From: Actinomycetota bacterium
GTDB lineage: Bacteria > Actinomycetota > UBA4738
DNA length: 64,000 nt
Direction of reading: 5' to 3'
Assembly (NCBI GenBank): GCA_036847185.1
Contig: DAIUAM010000016.1
Span: 993-64,992 of the forward strand
Part shown: positions 20,104 to 29,841 of the stretch, piece by piece
Layout: the number at the start of each line of letters is the position of its first letter
Numbering within the stretch: position 1 is the stretch's first letter
Notes under the pieces: model-generated
The model's database searches: none
Told to the model about the DNA's origin: nothing
What the model saw: the letters and a program-made list of their open reading frames with translations, nothing else
Made by a program: the position numbers and the translations under genes

Positions 20104-20190
20104 TGCCGGGAGGGGGAGTTGAACCCCCACGCCCTTGCGGGCGCCGGATTTTGAGTCCGGTGCGTCTGCCAGTTCCGCCATCCCGGCGAG
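20104..20190 (-). tRNA. tRNA-Leu (anticodon CAA), class II with long variable arm
   Basis: Reverse complement reads GCCGGGA...anticodon loop CTCAAAA...GGGGGTTCAACTCCCCC TCCCGGC A CC. Cloverleaf built by hand. Confidence 0.8.
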
Positions 20191-20388
20191 CGGACCGGCT
20201 CGGCCGGTCGGGGCGAGTGTAGCGAAGGGCCGGGCGCCGGGCGACGATTGGTCCCGCGGAGAGGCGGACCTCGGACCCGGTGGAGAAGGTGCATTGGAAC
20301 GGCGGATGGGCTAGATTTCGCGAGCGGGCGGAGCGGGGAGGCTTCGACACCTCGCCATCATGTCTCTGGTTCGGAGGGGGGTAGGGAG

Positions 20389-21327
20389 ATGAGGTTCATG
20401 GTTCCTACGAGGCGGTCACGGCTCGGTGCACTGATTGCGGTCGGCGTCGCCTTCGTCACCTTCGCCACCGCGTGCTCCAAGTCGAGCAACAGCGGTGACA
20501 CGTTCGGAGCGGCCAAGTCAGACACCATCGCCAAGGAGGTCCCGAGCGACATCTCCTCCAAGGGCTCGGTCACGGTGGCCGTGGACGCCAGCTACGCCCC
20601 CAACGAGTTCTTCGATACCGACAACAAGACCATCATCGGGTGGGACATCGACCTGGGGCACGCCCTGGGCGCGGTGATGGGGGTCAAGTTCAACTTCGTG
20701 GAGGCCAGCTTCGACGGGATCATCCCCGGCCTGGCCTCGGGCAAGTACGACGTGGGGATGAGCAGCTTCACCGACAACTCCGACCGTGAGAAGACGGTGG
20801 ACATGGTCACCTACTACTCGGCCGGGACGAACTTCTACGTCAAGGCCTCCGGGGGACCGAACATCCAGAGCCTTGACGATCTGTGCGGCCACACCGTGGC
20901 CGTGGAGAAGGGCACCACCCAGCTGGACGACGCCACCGCCCAGGCCAAGAAATGCACCGACGCCGGCAAGCCGACCGTGAACGTCCTGGCCTTCCCCGAC
21001 CAGAACGGGGCGAACCTGGCGATCGAGAGCGGCCGAGCCGAAATCGGTATGGCCGACTCCCCGGTGGCCGCCTACCAGGTCAAGCTGTCGGACGCGAAGT
21101 TCAAGCTGTCCGGCCCGGCCTACGGGGTGGCCCCCTACGGGATCGCCATCCCCCGCCCCGCAGGATCGGCGCCGGGGACCGGCCCGTTGTCCAAGCCCAT
21201 CCTGGACGCCCTGAAGGAGCTCATCTCCGATGGCATTTACCTGAAGATCCTGACCAAGTGGGCCGTGCAGGGCGGCACGAGCTACGGCGCCATCACCAGC
21301 CCGGTGATCAACGGAGCGAGCGGCTAG
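20389..21327 (+). CDS. polar amino acid ABC transporter substrate-binding lipoprotein (PBP type 3, GlnH-like)
   Basis: Signal peptide with lipobox (FATAC) and SBP_bac_3 motifs. Confidence 0.8.
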   Translation: MRFMVPTRRSRLGALIAVGVAFVTFATACSKSSNSGDTFGAAKSDTIAKEVPSDISSKGSVTVAVDASYAPNEFFDTDNKTIIGWDIDLGHALGAVMGVKFNFVEASFDGIIPGLASGKYDVGMSSFTDNSDREKTVDMVTYYSAGTNFYVKASGGPNIQSLDDLCGHTVAVEKGTTQLDDATAQAKKCTDAGKPTVNVLAFPDQNGANLAIESGRAEIGMADSPVAAYQVKLSDAKFKLSGPAYGVAPYGIAIPRPAGSAPGTGPLSKPILDALKELISDGIYLKILTKWAVQGGTSYGAITSPVINGASG

Positions 21328-21438
21328 GCGGGGGAGGTACTGACGGAGACCACGCCGGACACTCGGACGGCCGGCCCGTCAGGGCCGGCCGGTCCCGAGC
21401 AGATCAAGGCCATCCCGGCTCGTCACACGGCCCGCTGG

Positions 21439-22299
21439 GTGGTCACGGTGGTGCTGCTGATCGTCGCCGTGGAGGCGATCCGTAGCATCATCAAGAACCC
21501 CAACTTCAAGTGGCACGTGGTCGGCCAGTTCTTCACCACGAACGCAGTGCTCAAGGGCCTGCTGGTCACTCTCGAGCTGACCGTGTTGGCCATGGTTCTG
21601 GGAATCACGATCGGAGTGATCCTGGCCGTCATGCGCCAGTCCCCGTCCCCGATCGTGGCCGGCTCTGCCTGGCTCTACATCTATTTCTTCCGGGCCACTC
21701 CCGTCCTGGTTCAGCTGCTCTTCTGGAACAACATCACAGCCCTGTACCCCCGGATCAGCATCGGGATTCCGTTCCTCCCCGCGGCGTTTCATGGCAACGC
21801 CAACGTACTCATCTCCACATTCACCGCCGGAGTCCTGGGTCTGGGGCTGAACGAGGGGGCCTACATGGCCGAGATCGTTCGGGCCGGAATCCTGGCGGTG
21901 GACGAGGGGCAGATCGAGGCGGCACAGTCCATCGGGATGAGTCGCCTGCAGACGATGCGGCTCATCGTCTTGCCCCAGGCGATGCGGGTTATCATCCCCC
22001 CCACCGGCAACGAGACCATCTCGATGCTGAAGACCACGTCATTGGTCAGCGTCATCTCTCTGCAGGAGCTTCTTTTCACCGTGCAGATCATCTACGCGAG
22101 GAACTTCCTGACGATCCCGTTGCTCTTGGTGGCCAGCCTCTGGTACATGGTCGTCACCACGGTCCTAACCGTCGGCCAGTCCTTCATCGAGCGGCACTAC
22201 GCAGCGGGTTCCGCGCGCAACCTCCCGCCGACCTTCCTGCAGCGGTTGCGCCAGGCCCTCATCCACATCCGTCCTCCGAAAGAAACTCTCCAGCGGTAG
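21439..22299 (+). CDS. polar amino acid ABC transporter permease
   Basis: His/Gln/Glu-type permease signature ([33 protein letters not shown]). Confidence 0.85.
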   Translation: MVTVVLLIVAVEAIRSIIKNPNFKWHVVGQFFTTNAVLKGLLVTLELTVLAMVLGITIGVILAVMRQSPSPIVAGSAWLYIYFFRATPVLVQLLFWNNITALYPRISIGIPFLPAAFHGNANVLISTFTAGVLGLGLNEGAYMAEIVRAGILAVDEGQIEAAQSIGMSRLQTMRLIVLPQAMRVIIPPTGNETISMLKTTSLVSVISLQELLFTVQIIYARNFLTIPLLLVASLWYMVVTTVLTVGQSFIERHYAAGSARNLPPTFLQRLRQALIHIRPPKETLQR

Positions 22300-22312
22300 G
22301 AGGAGCGCTCTC

Positions 22313-23083
22313 GTGACCGAACGCGTTCCCATGGTGAAGGCCGAAGGCGTCCACAAGTCCTTCGGCCGGATGGAGGTCCTGAAGGGCATCGACATGGTGG
22401 TCCAGCCAAAGGAGGTCGTGGTGGTGATTGGCCCCTCCGGGTCTGGAAAGTCCACGTTCCTGCGGTGCATCAACCACCTCGAGAAGATCAACGGCGGGCG
22501 GCTATCGGTGGACGGTGAGCTGGTGGGCTACCAGCAACGGGGCGACAAGCTGCATGAACTCCACGAGAAGGGGATCGCCAGGAAGCGGGCAGAGATCGGG
22601 ATGGTCTTCCAGCGGTTCAACCTCTTCCCCCACCTCACGGCCGTCGAGAACGTGATGATCGGCCCGTGTGCGGTGAAGAAGGAGGATGAGAAGGTGGTCC
22701 GGGAGCGAGCACAGCGGCTCTTGGCCCGGGTAGGACTGGGGAACCGCGGCGACGCGCATCCCGCGCAGCTCTCCGGCGGTCAGCAACAGCGGGTGGCCAT
22801 CGCCCGGGCCCTGTGCATGGAGCCGAAGCTCATGCTCTTCGACGAACCCACTTCCGCGCTCGACCCCGAGCTCGTGGGAGAGGTTCTTGACGTCATGCGG
22901 GAGCTCGCCCAGAGCGGCATGACCATGATCGTCGTCACTCACGAGATGGGGTTCGCCCGGGAGGTGGGGGACGAGCTCGTGTTCATGGACGACGGCTTCA
23001 TCGTGGAGGCCGGGAAGCCTCGGGACGTCATCTCCAATCCCCAGCACGAACGCACCCAGCAGTTCCTGTCGAAGGTGCTCTGA
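22313..23083 (+). CDS. polar amino acid ABC transporter ATP-binding protein (GlnQ-like)
   Basis: Walker [25 protein letters not shown], Walker [13 protein letters not shown]. Confidence 0.9.
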   Translation: MTERVPMVKAEGVHKSFGRMEVLKGIDMVVQPKEVVVVIGPSGSGKSTFLRCINHLEKINGGRLSVDGELVGYQQRGDKLHELHEKGIARKRAEIGMVFQRFNLFPHLTAVENVMIGPCAVKKEDEKVVRERAQRLLARVGLGNRGDAHPAQLSGGQQQRVAIARALCMEPKLMLFDEPTSALDPELVGEVLDVMRELAQSGMTMIVVTHEMGFAREVGDELVFMDDGFIVEAGKPRDVISNPQHERTQQFLSKVL

Positions 23084-23099
23084 GCTCACGCCGGAACGG

Positions 23100-23594
23100 C
23101 TACAGGTAGCGGTTGTCCGGTTGGTCGCGCTCGGCCGGCTGGGGGAGACCTCGACGGACGCGTGCCTCCATCTCCTGGGCGGCCTGCTGAGCGGCCTGGA
23201 GCTGGATGGCGAGCTGGGTACCCTGGAACAGACCCTCCAGCCAGCCCAGGATCTCCGCGTGAGCCAGGGCTAGTTCCTCCAGCGTCCCGTCCTTGATGTC
23301 AGGGGTCAGCGACTTCAGCTCGTCGTAGAGCTCGGGAGGCAGCGCGTCCTCGAGCTCCCGGGAGATCTGCCCGTGCACCCGCCGGAGGTGATCGATCGCG
23401 CCGGGCTCGGGCCGGATCCGGCGAGCCTCCTCCAGCACCTCGCGGGTCACGCCAGCGTTCCGGAGCAGCTTCTGGGGGTCGACCATCCGGGCGGTGACGA
23501 GTCCGTGGCCTTCGGGCGGCTCGGCATCATCGGGCGGCCCGGCATCCTCGGGAGGTGGGGACGAAGGGTGCGGTGCGGGGGGTTCGTCGCTCAT
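23100..23594 (-). CDS. DUF2587/Bpa-like protein (bacterial proteasome activator homologue) with variant C-terminus ...NRYL
   Basis: The core region (ISRELEDALPPEL.DEL..L......LAHAEILGWLEGLFQGTQLAIQ) resembles Mycobacterium Bpa (Rv3780), recalled from memory. The C-terminus is NRYL rather than GQYL. Confidence 0.5.
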   Translation of the reverse strand: MSDEPPAPHPSSPPPEDAGPPDDAEPPEGHGLVTARMVDPQKLLRNAGVTREVLEEARRIRPEPGAIDHLRRVHGQISRELEDALPPELYDELKSLTPDIKDGTLEELALAHAEILGWLEGLFQGTQLAIQLQAAQQAAQEMEARVRRGLPQPAERDQPDNRYL

Positions 23595-24052
23595 CCGGGA
23601 GAGAGCTTACCCGGCGGTCGGAAGGAACGATCCGCGGGCGACGGAGAGGAAAAGCATGGGCGGGTCCGAGAGGCCTTTGGAGCCGCTCACGCCTTCCCCA
23701 TACGCGAGCGTTATCTACTCGGCTTCTCGGACCCGCCCAAAGGGTGGCCCCAAGCAACCCCCTACGACCGGCGGGTGAACCTGGCTTCCTGTGGCTCCGA
23801 CCGGGTCCTCGAGGCTCGCGCCCTTCCGATCCTGCCGGGTCCCCGGGAGGCCTCGGCTCTCCCTTCGGTCCCGGTGCCGCTTGGGACCGGTGCGAAAACT
23901 AGCAAGGCCACCTTCGGCTGTCAAACGGAGGAAAATAGCTGCGGCACATCAATTTTCGCGGATTCGTGCAGGTGGGGGGCGGGCTCGTGGTCGCGAAAAT
24001 CTTGCGAGAATGACAAAGAAAGTCGCGGTCGTCCGGGGGGCCCACCCGGTGT

Positions 24053-24505
24053 CTAGCCCTGGGCCGGTTCGATCGGGCGGATGGCCAGCGTCAGACGTCC
24101 GGCCGCGGTGAGGCGATCCTGGTCGTCCCGGACCCGGAAGTCCCACACGGCGGTGGTGCGCCCCACATGCAGGGGCGTTCCGACCGCCGTCGCGTGGCCG
24201 TCGCGGACCGCGCGGATGTGGTTGACGTTGAGCTCGATCCCCGTGACCAGCAAGTCCGGGCCGACCAGCAGGGCCGTTCCCAATGAGCCGATCGTCTCCA
24301 GGAGCGCCGCGGTTGCCCCGCCGTGGAGAAGCCCGTACGGCTGGGTGTTCCCCTGGACCGGGATACGGGCGACGATCCGTTCGCGGGCGAATTCGAGGAA
24401 TTCGACCCCGATCCGTTCTATCAGGGTCCCCGCGCTGAACCCGGTGAGCGCTTCGAGGGCGCCGGGCTCAAAAGGAGTCAGCTCGGCGGGGACGGGGTCA
24501 CGCAT
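24053..24505 (-). CDS. PaaI/YbdB-family hotdog-fold thioesterase
   Basis: YGLLHGGATAALLETIGSLG motif. Start chosen at MRDPVPAE inside a longer ORF. Confidence 0.7.
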   Translation of the reverse strand: MRDPVPAELTPFEPGALEALTGFSAGTLIERIGVEFLEFARERIVARIPVQGNTQPYGLLHGGATAALLETIGSLGTALLVGPDLLVTGIELNVNHIRAVRDGHATAVGTPLHVGRTTAVWDFRVRDDQDRLTAAGRLTLAIRPIEPAQG

Positions 24506-24536
24506 CGGCGACGATAGTAGCGCGCGGCCAGGGCTC

Positions 24537-25382
24537 TTAGGCGTGGGCCGCGACGATGACCAGTTCGGTCGAGAGCCCCAGCAGGAAGCCGAACAGGACC
24601 CCCCAGATCGTGGTCTCCCAGGCACCGAGGCGCCGCCCGGTGAACAGGAGCTCCGCCACCACATAGATGATGGCGCCGGCCGCCAGCGTCAGGAAGCCGA
24701 CGAACAGGTACTGGCTGGAGACGGACCGGCCGACGATGGTGCCGACGAAGGTGGGCCCGCCGCCCACCAGCCCGGCGGTCACCAGGTAGCCCCACGACGC
24801 CCGGACCCCTCCGGCCGCGAGCGGTCCCACGATCCCGAACCCCTCGGTGGCGTTGTGCAGCGCGAAGCCCACCACCAGCAACACCGCCAGCGAGATCTCG
24901 CCCCGGTGCGCAGCTTGCCCGATGGCGAGGCCCTCCGAGAAGTTGTGGAAGCCGATCCCGGTGGCGATCGACATGCCAAGGCCGAGCGCGGTCCGCTGCA
25001 GGACCGCTTCGTTCTGTTCGGCCACCGCCATGGCCCCCGGTCCGATCTCTCTCGCTGCTCGGCGCGACCGCTGGTACTTCCCGAGATACAGGAGCGATAG
25101 CAGGCCCGCTGCGAGCCCGCCGGCGTACACCACCGCCATCAGGGCGAACGACCCCCACACCGCACCGTGGACCGGCGCGGTGGCCCGCCGGACGAGCTCC
25201 TCCAGCGGCCCGGTCGCGTTCTCCAGGATGTCGAACAACAGGAAGAGCAGGATGCCGGCGGAAGCCGCGTTCAGGAACGCCTTCAGGCGGGGGTGAGGGT
25301 TCCGGAGGCGGCCGAGGGGCAGGCCCAGGAAGATCGTGCTTCCCGCGATGGCCCCCAGCGCGACCGTCCGGGCCAAGGTCAT
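24537..25382 (-). CDS. ZIP-family metal cation transporter (ZupT-like)
   Basis: GFHNFSEGLAIG and HNATEGFGIVGPL motifs. Start at MTLARTVALG. Confidence 0.8.
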   Translation of the reverse strand: MTLARTVALGAIAGSTIFLGLPLGRLRNPHPRLKAFLNAASAGILLFLLFDILENATGPLEELVRRATAPVHGAVWGSFALMAVVYAGGLAAGLLSLLYLGKYQRSRRAAREIGPGAMAVAEQNEAVLQRTALGLGMSIATGIGFHNFSEGLAIGQAAHRGEISLAVLLVVGFALHNATEGFGIVGPLAAGGVRASWGYLVTAGLVGGGPTFVGTIVGRSVSSQYLFVGFLTLAAGAIIYVVAELLFTGRRLGAWETTIWGVLFGFLLGLSTELVIVAAHA

Positions 25383-25533
25383 CGGATCGCGGCCGAGCGG
25401 CGGGGAGTGGACATTCCGGATCGAAACTCTACCAACCGGATCGGATTCGAAACGCCCTTCCGACCGGCCGCTCCCGGAGCCAGGACCGGGCCTCGGCCGT
25501 GGGTGTCGGACCCCGGGGCTAGAATCGCGGGCG

Positions 25534-28206
25534 GTGGCAGATCGAACCGACGACCGGAGCGACGAGGGGGCCCGGCCGAAGCGCATCTTCCTCCTCGACG
25601 GACACAGCCTGTCGTTCCGGGCCTTCTTCGCCCTCCCCGTCTCCCTGGCCACGACCAGTGGACAGGTGACGAACGCGGTCTACGGATTCACGTCCATGCT
25701 GATCAAGCTGCTGGGGGACGAGAGGCCCGACTACCTGGCGGTGGCGTTCGACAAGGGCCGCCCGACGGTCCGGCTCGAGCAATACGCGGAGTACAAGGCG
25801 GGCCGAGCCGAGGCCCCCGACGAGTTCCGCCAGCAGCTCGGCCTGATCCGCGAGGTCGTGGAGACGCTCCGGATCCCGATCGTGGAAGTGGTGGACTGGG
25901 AGGCGGACGACGCCCTGGCCACGCTCGCCCTCCAGGCTGTCGGGGAGGGCCTGGAGGCGGTGATCGTCACCGCGGACCGGGACTTCTTCCAGCTGGTCCG
26001 GCCGGGGATCTCGGTGATGTTCAACCGCCGGGGCATCTCCGACATCGTCAACTACGATGTCGCCGCGGTCACCGAGCGGTTCGGCTTACCACCCGAGAAG
26101 TACCTGGACTACGTGGCCCTCAAGGGGGACTCGTCCGACAACATCCCGGGCGTGCCCGGGGTGGGGGAGAAGACCGCCTCGAAGCTCATCCAGGACTTCG
26201 GTTCGGTCGAGGATCTGCTGGGGAACACCGACCGGCTCAAGGGCCGGCTGCGGGAGTCGATCGAACAGGCCGGCCAGGACCTCCTTCGCAACCGCGAGCT
26301 GGCCCGGTTCAAGACCGACCTCGAGTTGGACGTGACCCCGGAGGATTGCGTGATGGGGTCGTGGGACCCGGACGCGGTCCGGCGGCTGTTCAACGCGCTC
26401 GAGTTCCGGACGCTGCTCGAGCGGCTGGAGGACCTCGAAGCCACCGCCAAGCCGGCCGTCGAGCGCACCTCTCTGGAGGTCCGGACCGGAACGATCCCCG
26501 ACCTGCGACGCCTGACTGCCGACGACGAACCGAAGGCGCTCAGCCTGCATCCGGGCCCGGACATCGACGGGATCGGGATCTCGCCCGGCGGCGGGCAGGC
26601 CGTGTACATCCCCCTCGACGCCGGGTCCCTGGTCAACGATGGGGGGACCTGGCTGGAGGACCCGGACAAGCCCAAGTGGGTGCACGACGCGAAGGACACC
26701 GCTACGGCCCTCGCCCGCCAGGGCATCGAGCTGCGCGGGGTGGAGTTCGACACGCTCCTGGCCGGCTACCTGCTGGACCCGGCCGAGGCGAGCTATCCGC
26801 TGGGGGAACTCTGCCGGCAGTACCTCGGGATCGACGTGGTGAGCGAACTGGAGGGTCCCGACGAGGGGCAACTGTTCGCCGACCCGGCGCCATCGGTGGG
26901 CGCCGGCGCCTCGGCGGTCGGGCTGCTGGCGCCGGTCCTTCGGGAGCGGATCGAACGGGCCGGCCTCCGGCCTCTGCTGACCGACGTCGAGCTGCCGATG
27001 GCCGGCGTCCTGGCCCGGGTCCAGGCGGCCGGGGTGTCGCTGGATGTCGGCTACCTGCGGGAGATGTCGGAGACGCTCGGTGATCGGATGGCCACGCTCG
27101 AGAAGGAGATCTACCGGCACGCCGGCGAGGAGTTCAACATCGGCTCGCCGCCCCAGCTCGCCGTCATCCTGTACGAGAAGCTCCGCCTACCCATCCTGAA
27201 GCGCACCCAGAAGGGCCGGGCTCCCTCGACCGACGCGGACGTGCTGGAGAAGCTCCGCGACCACCACCCGATCGTCGACGCGCTGCTGAACTACCGGGAG
27301 CTGTCCAAGCTCAAGTCCACCTATCTCGACGCCCTCCCGCCCCTGGTCGATCCGAAGACCGGCCGCATCCATACCACCTACAACCAGGTCGGGGCGGCCA
27401 CCGGGAGGCTCTCCAGCGTGAACCCGAACCTGCAGAACATCCCGGTGCGGGGAGAGATCGGCCGGCAGGTCCGGCGAGCCTTCGTCCCCGGTGCCCCGGA
27501 CCGATCGCTGCTGGTGGCCGACTACTCGCAGATCGAGCTGCGGGTGATGGCCCACCTGTCGGGTGACCGGGCCATGGCGCAGGCGTTCGCCGAGGGGAAG
27601 GACTTCCATGCAGCGACGGCCTCCAAGGTGTTCGGCCTGCCGGAGGACCAGGTGGACGGCGCCATGCGCAGCCGCGTCAAGCAGATCAACTACGGCCTGC
27701 CGTACGGGATGAGCGCCTACGGGCTGGCCACCAGGATCGGCATCGCTCCCGACGAGGCCGCCGAGTTCGTCGAGGCGTACTTCGCGCAGTTCCCGAAGGT
27801 CCGGGAGTTCCTCGACCGCCAGGTGGCCAAGGCGGCCGCCGAGGGGTTCACCGAGACCATGCTCGGCCGGCGCCGCTACCTCCCGGAGCTCCAATCGCCG
27901 AACCCGCGGGTTCGGGACATGGGCCGGCGGATGGCCCTGAACGCCCCCATCCAGGGCGGCGCAGCCGACATCCTGAAGCTGGCCATGATCAAGGTGGACG
28001 CCGAACTCCGCGGGTCCGCCCTGGACTGCATCATGGTCCTGACGGTCCATGACGAGTTGGTGTTCGACGTGGCCGACCGAGACTTGGCCGGCGCGGGCCG
28101 CCTGGTGCGGGCGGCCATGGAGTCGGCGTACCCTCTGACCGTCCCGCTTCGGGTGGACCTCGGATCGGGGAAGAACTGGGCCGAGGCGTCCCCCGCCGGG
28201 CACTGA
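25534..28206 (+). CDS. polA: DNA polymerase I
   Basis: 5'-3' exonuclease N-terminus (RIFLLDGHSLSFRAFFAL), polymerase motifs (DYSQIELR; HDEL..) and a GTG start. Confidence 0.93.
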   Translation: MADRTDDRSDEGARPKRIFLLDGHSLSFRAFFALPVSLATTSGQVTNAVYGFTSMLIKLLGDERPDYLAVAFDKGRPTVRLEQYAEYKAGRAEAPDEFRQQLGLIREVVETLRIPIVEVVDWEADDALATLALQAVGEGLEAVIVTADRDFFQLVRPGISVMFNRRGISDIVNYDVAAVTERFGLPPEKYLDYVALKGDSSDNIPGVPGVGEKTASKLIQDFGSVEDLLGNTDRLKGRLRESIEQAGQDLLRNRELARFKTDLELDVTPEDCVMGSWDPDAVRRLFNALEFRTLLERLEDLEATAKPAVERTSLEVRTGTIPDLRRLTADDEPKALSLHPGPDIDGIGISPGGGQAVYIPLDAGSLVNDGGTWLEDPDKPKWVHDAKDTATALARQGIELRGVEFDTLLAGYLLDPAEASYPLGELCRQYLGIDVVSELEGPDEGQLFADPAPSVGAGASAVGLLAPVLRERIERAGLRPLLTDVELPMAGVLARVQAAGVSLDVGYLREMSETLGDRMATLEKEIYRHAGEEFNIGSPPQLAVILYEKLRLPILKRTQKGRAPSTDADVLEKLRDHHPIVDALLNYRELSKLKSTYLDALPPLVDPKTGRIHTTYNQVGAATGRLSSVNPNLQNIPVRGEIGRQVRRAFVPGAPDRSLLVADYSQIELRVMAHLSGDRAMAQAFAEGKDFHAATASKVFGLPEDQVDGAMRSRVKQINYGLPYGMSAYGLATRIGIAPDEAAEFVEAYFAQFPKVREFLDRQVAKAAAEGFTETMLGRRRYLPELQSPNPRVRDMGRRMALNAPIQGGAADILKLAMIKVDAELRGSALDCIMVLTVHDELVFDVADRDLAGAGRLVRAAMESAYPLTVPLRVDLGSGKNWAEASPAGH

Positions 28207-28370
28207 ACCCGATTGACGCCCGGCTGGAGCCGACACTAGACTGACCCGGCGCTGCGGCGCTTCTTCGCTGTGCAATCCAAAGAGCAGCCCCTCGGGGCGG
28301 TTGGTGGGCGAACGACGGCGCAGACGCAGGAAGGGAGTGACGCGGGATCGACAGTGGAACGGAGAGCCAG

Positions 28371-29807
28371 ATGGCCCAGGCGCAGGAGGACTACACGCCT
28401 GAGGAGCTCATCAAGGCCATCGAGGAGAGCCTGAAGGACTTCAAGGACGGCGACCTCGTCGAGGGGACCGTCGTCAAGGTGGACCGCGACGAGGTCCTCC
28501 TGGACATCGGGTACAAGTCCGAGGGCGTCATCCCCGCCAAGGAGCTGTCGATCCGCCAGGACGTCGATCCCTCCGAGGTCGTCAAGCTCGGCGACACGTT
28601 CGAAGCCCTGGTTCTCCAGAAGGAGGACAAGGAGGGCCGCTTGATCCTCTCCAAGAAGCGCGCCCAGTACGAGCGCGCGTGGAGCCGGATCGAGGACATC
28701 ATGAAGTCCGGCCAGACCATCACCGGACCGGTGATCGAAGTGGTCAAGGGCGGCCTGATCCTGGACATCGGCCTCCGCGGGTTCCTGCCCGCGTCGCTGG
28801 TCGAGCTTCGCCGGGTCCGCGACCTCCACCCCTACGTCGGCCAGTTGCTCGAGTGCAAGATCATCGAGTTGGACCGCAACCGGAACAACGTGGTCCTGTC
28901 CCGCCGGGCCTTCCTCGAGGAGTCCCAGAGCGAGGGCCGCAAGAAGTTCCTGGAGAGCCTGCACAAGGGCGAGCGCCGCCGCGGCACCGTCTCGTCCATC
29001 GTCAACTTCGGCGCCTTCGTCGAGATCGGCGGAGGGGTCGACGGGCTGGTGCACGTCTCCGAGCTGTCGTGGAAGCACGTCGACCATCCCAGCGAGGTCG
29101 TGGCCGTCGGCCAGGAGGTCGAGGTCGAGGTGCTGGACGTGGACCTCGATCGGGAGCGCGTGTCGCTCTCGCTGAAGGCCACCCAGGAGGACCCGTGGCG
29201 GGAGTTCGAACGCATGCACACCACGGGCGAGGTCATCGACGGGGTGGTCACCAAGCTCGTCCCCTTCGGGGCGTTCGTCCGGGTGGGCGAAGGGATCGAG
29301 GGCCTGGTCCACATCTCCGAGCTCTCCGACCAGCACGTGGACACGCCCGAACAGGTCGTGCAGGTGGGCCAGCAGGTCCGGGTGAAGGTGGTCGACGTGG
29401 ACGTCGCCCGCCGGCGCATCAGCCTGTCGATCCGCCGGGTCGCCGAGGAGCCCGAGGTGCTCCCCGAGGTCGAGTTCGAGGCCGAACCGTCCGAGGAGAT
29501 CTCCGCGGAGGTCGAGCCGGAGCCCGCGCCCGAGCCCCGTGAGGTGCTGGCCGATGCTGCCGCCCGGGCCGACGAGGTCTTCGAGGCGACGCTCGAACCC
29601 GAGCCGGAGGCGCCCGAGGAGGCGGCCCTGCGCGTCGTCCCCGAGCCGGAGGCCGCTCCCGAACCGGAGCCTACGCCGGAGGAGCCGGCGCCTGCACCGG
29701 CCGAGGTCGAGGCCGCCGCCGAGCCCCAGGCCGAGCCCGAGGAGAAGGAAGACGTGACGCTCGAGGAGATCCTCGAGGACCTCAAGCGTCGCGAAGGACG
29801 CTCCTAG
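28371..29807 (+). CDS. rpsA: 30S ribosomal protein S1 (four S1 domains, acidic Pro/Glu-rich C-terminal tail)
   Basis: Repeated S1 domains (GTVVKV.., GTVSSIVNFGAFVEI.., VIDGVVTKLVPFGAFVRV..). Confidence 0.93.
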   Translation: MAQAQEDYTPEELIKAIEESLKDFKDGDLVEGTVVKVDRDEVLLDIGYKSEGVIPAKELSIRQDVDPSEVVKLGDTFEALVLQKEDKEGRLILSKKRAQYERAWSRIEDIMKSGQTITGPVIEVVKGGLILDIGLRGFLPASLVELRRVRDLHPYVGQLLECKIIELDRNRNNVVLSRRAFLEESQSEGRKKFLESLHKGERRRGTVSSIVNFGAFVEIGGGVDGLVHVSELSWKHVDHPSEVVAVGQEVEVEVLDVDLDRERVSLSLKATQEDPWREFERMHTTGEVIDGVVTKLVPFGAFVRVGEGIEGLVHISELSDQHVDTPEQVVQVGQQVRVKVVDVDVARRRISLSIRRVAEEPEVLPEVEFEAEPSEEISAEVEPEPAPEPREVLADAAARADEVFEATLEPEPEAPEEAALRVVPEPEAAPEPEPTPEEPAPAPAEVEAAAEPQAEPEEKEDVTLEEILEDLKRREGRS

Positions 29808-29841
29808 GCCTCCCGCGCAACCGCGCGACTACCATTCGGCC

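Noticed and set aside
19346-20350. 334-aa minus-strand ORF covering the integrase/tRNA region.
   Set aside because: Overlaps the tRNA-Leu gene and the recognisable (though frameshifted) integrase catalytic motifs on the + strand. Low-complexity Arg/Pro-rich translation.
23100-23594. Considered calling the Bpa-like gene a definite proteasome activator with gene symbol bpa.
   Set aside because: The C-terminal docking motif differs (NRYL vs GQYL), and the similarity assessment is from memory of the Rv3780 sequence rather than a computed alignment. Left as a family-level call with 0.5 confidence.
23494-24111. Short + strand ORFs (94 aa at 23494-23778; 106 aa at 23791-24111) in the long spacer upstream of the bpa-like gene.
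   Set aside because: Arg/Pro-rich, no start context or SD, typical GC-frame noise. Region treated as non-coding.
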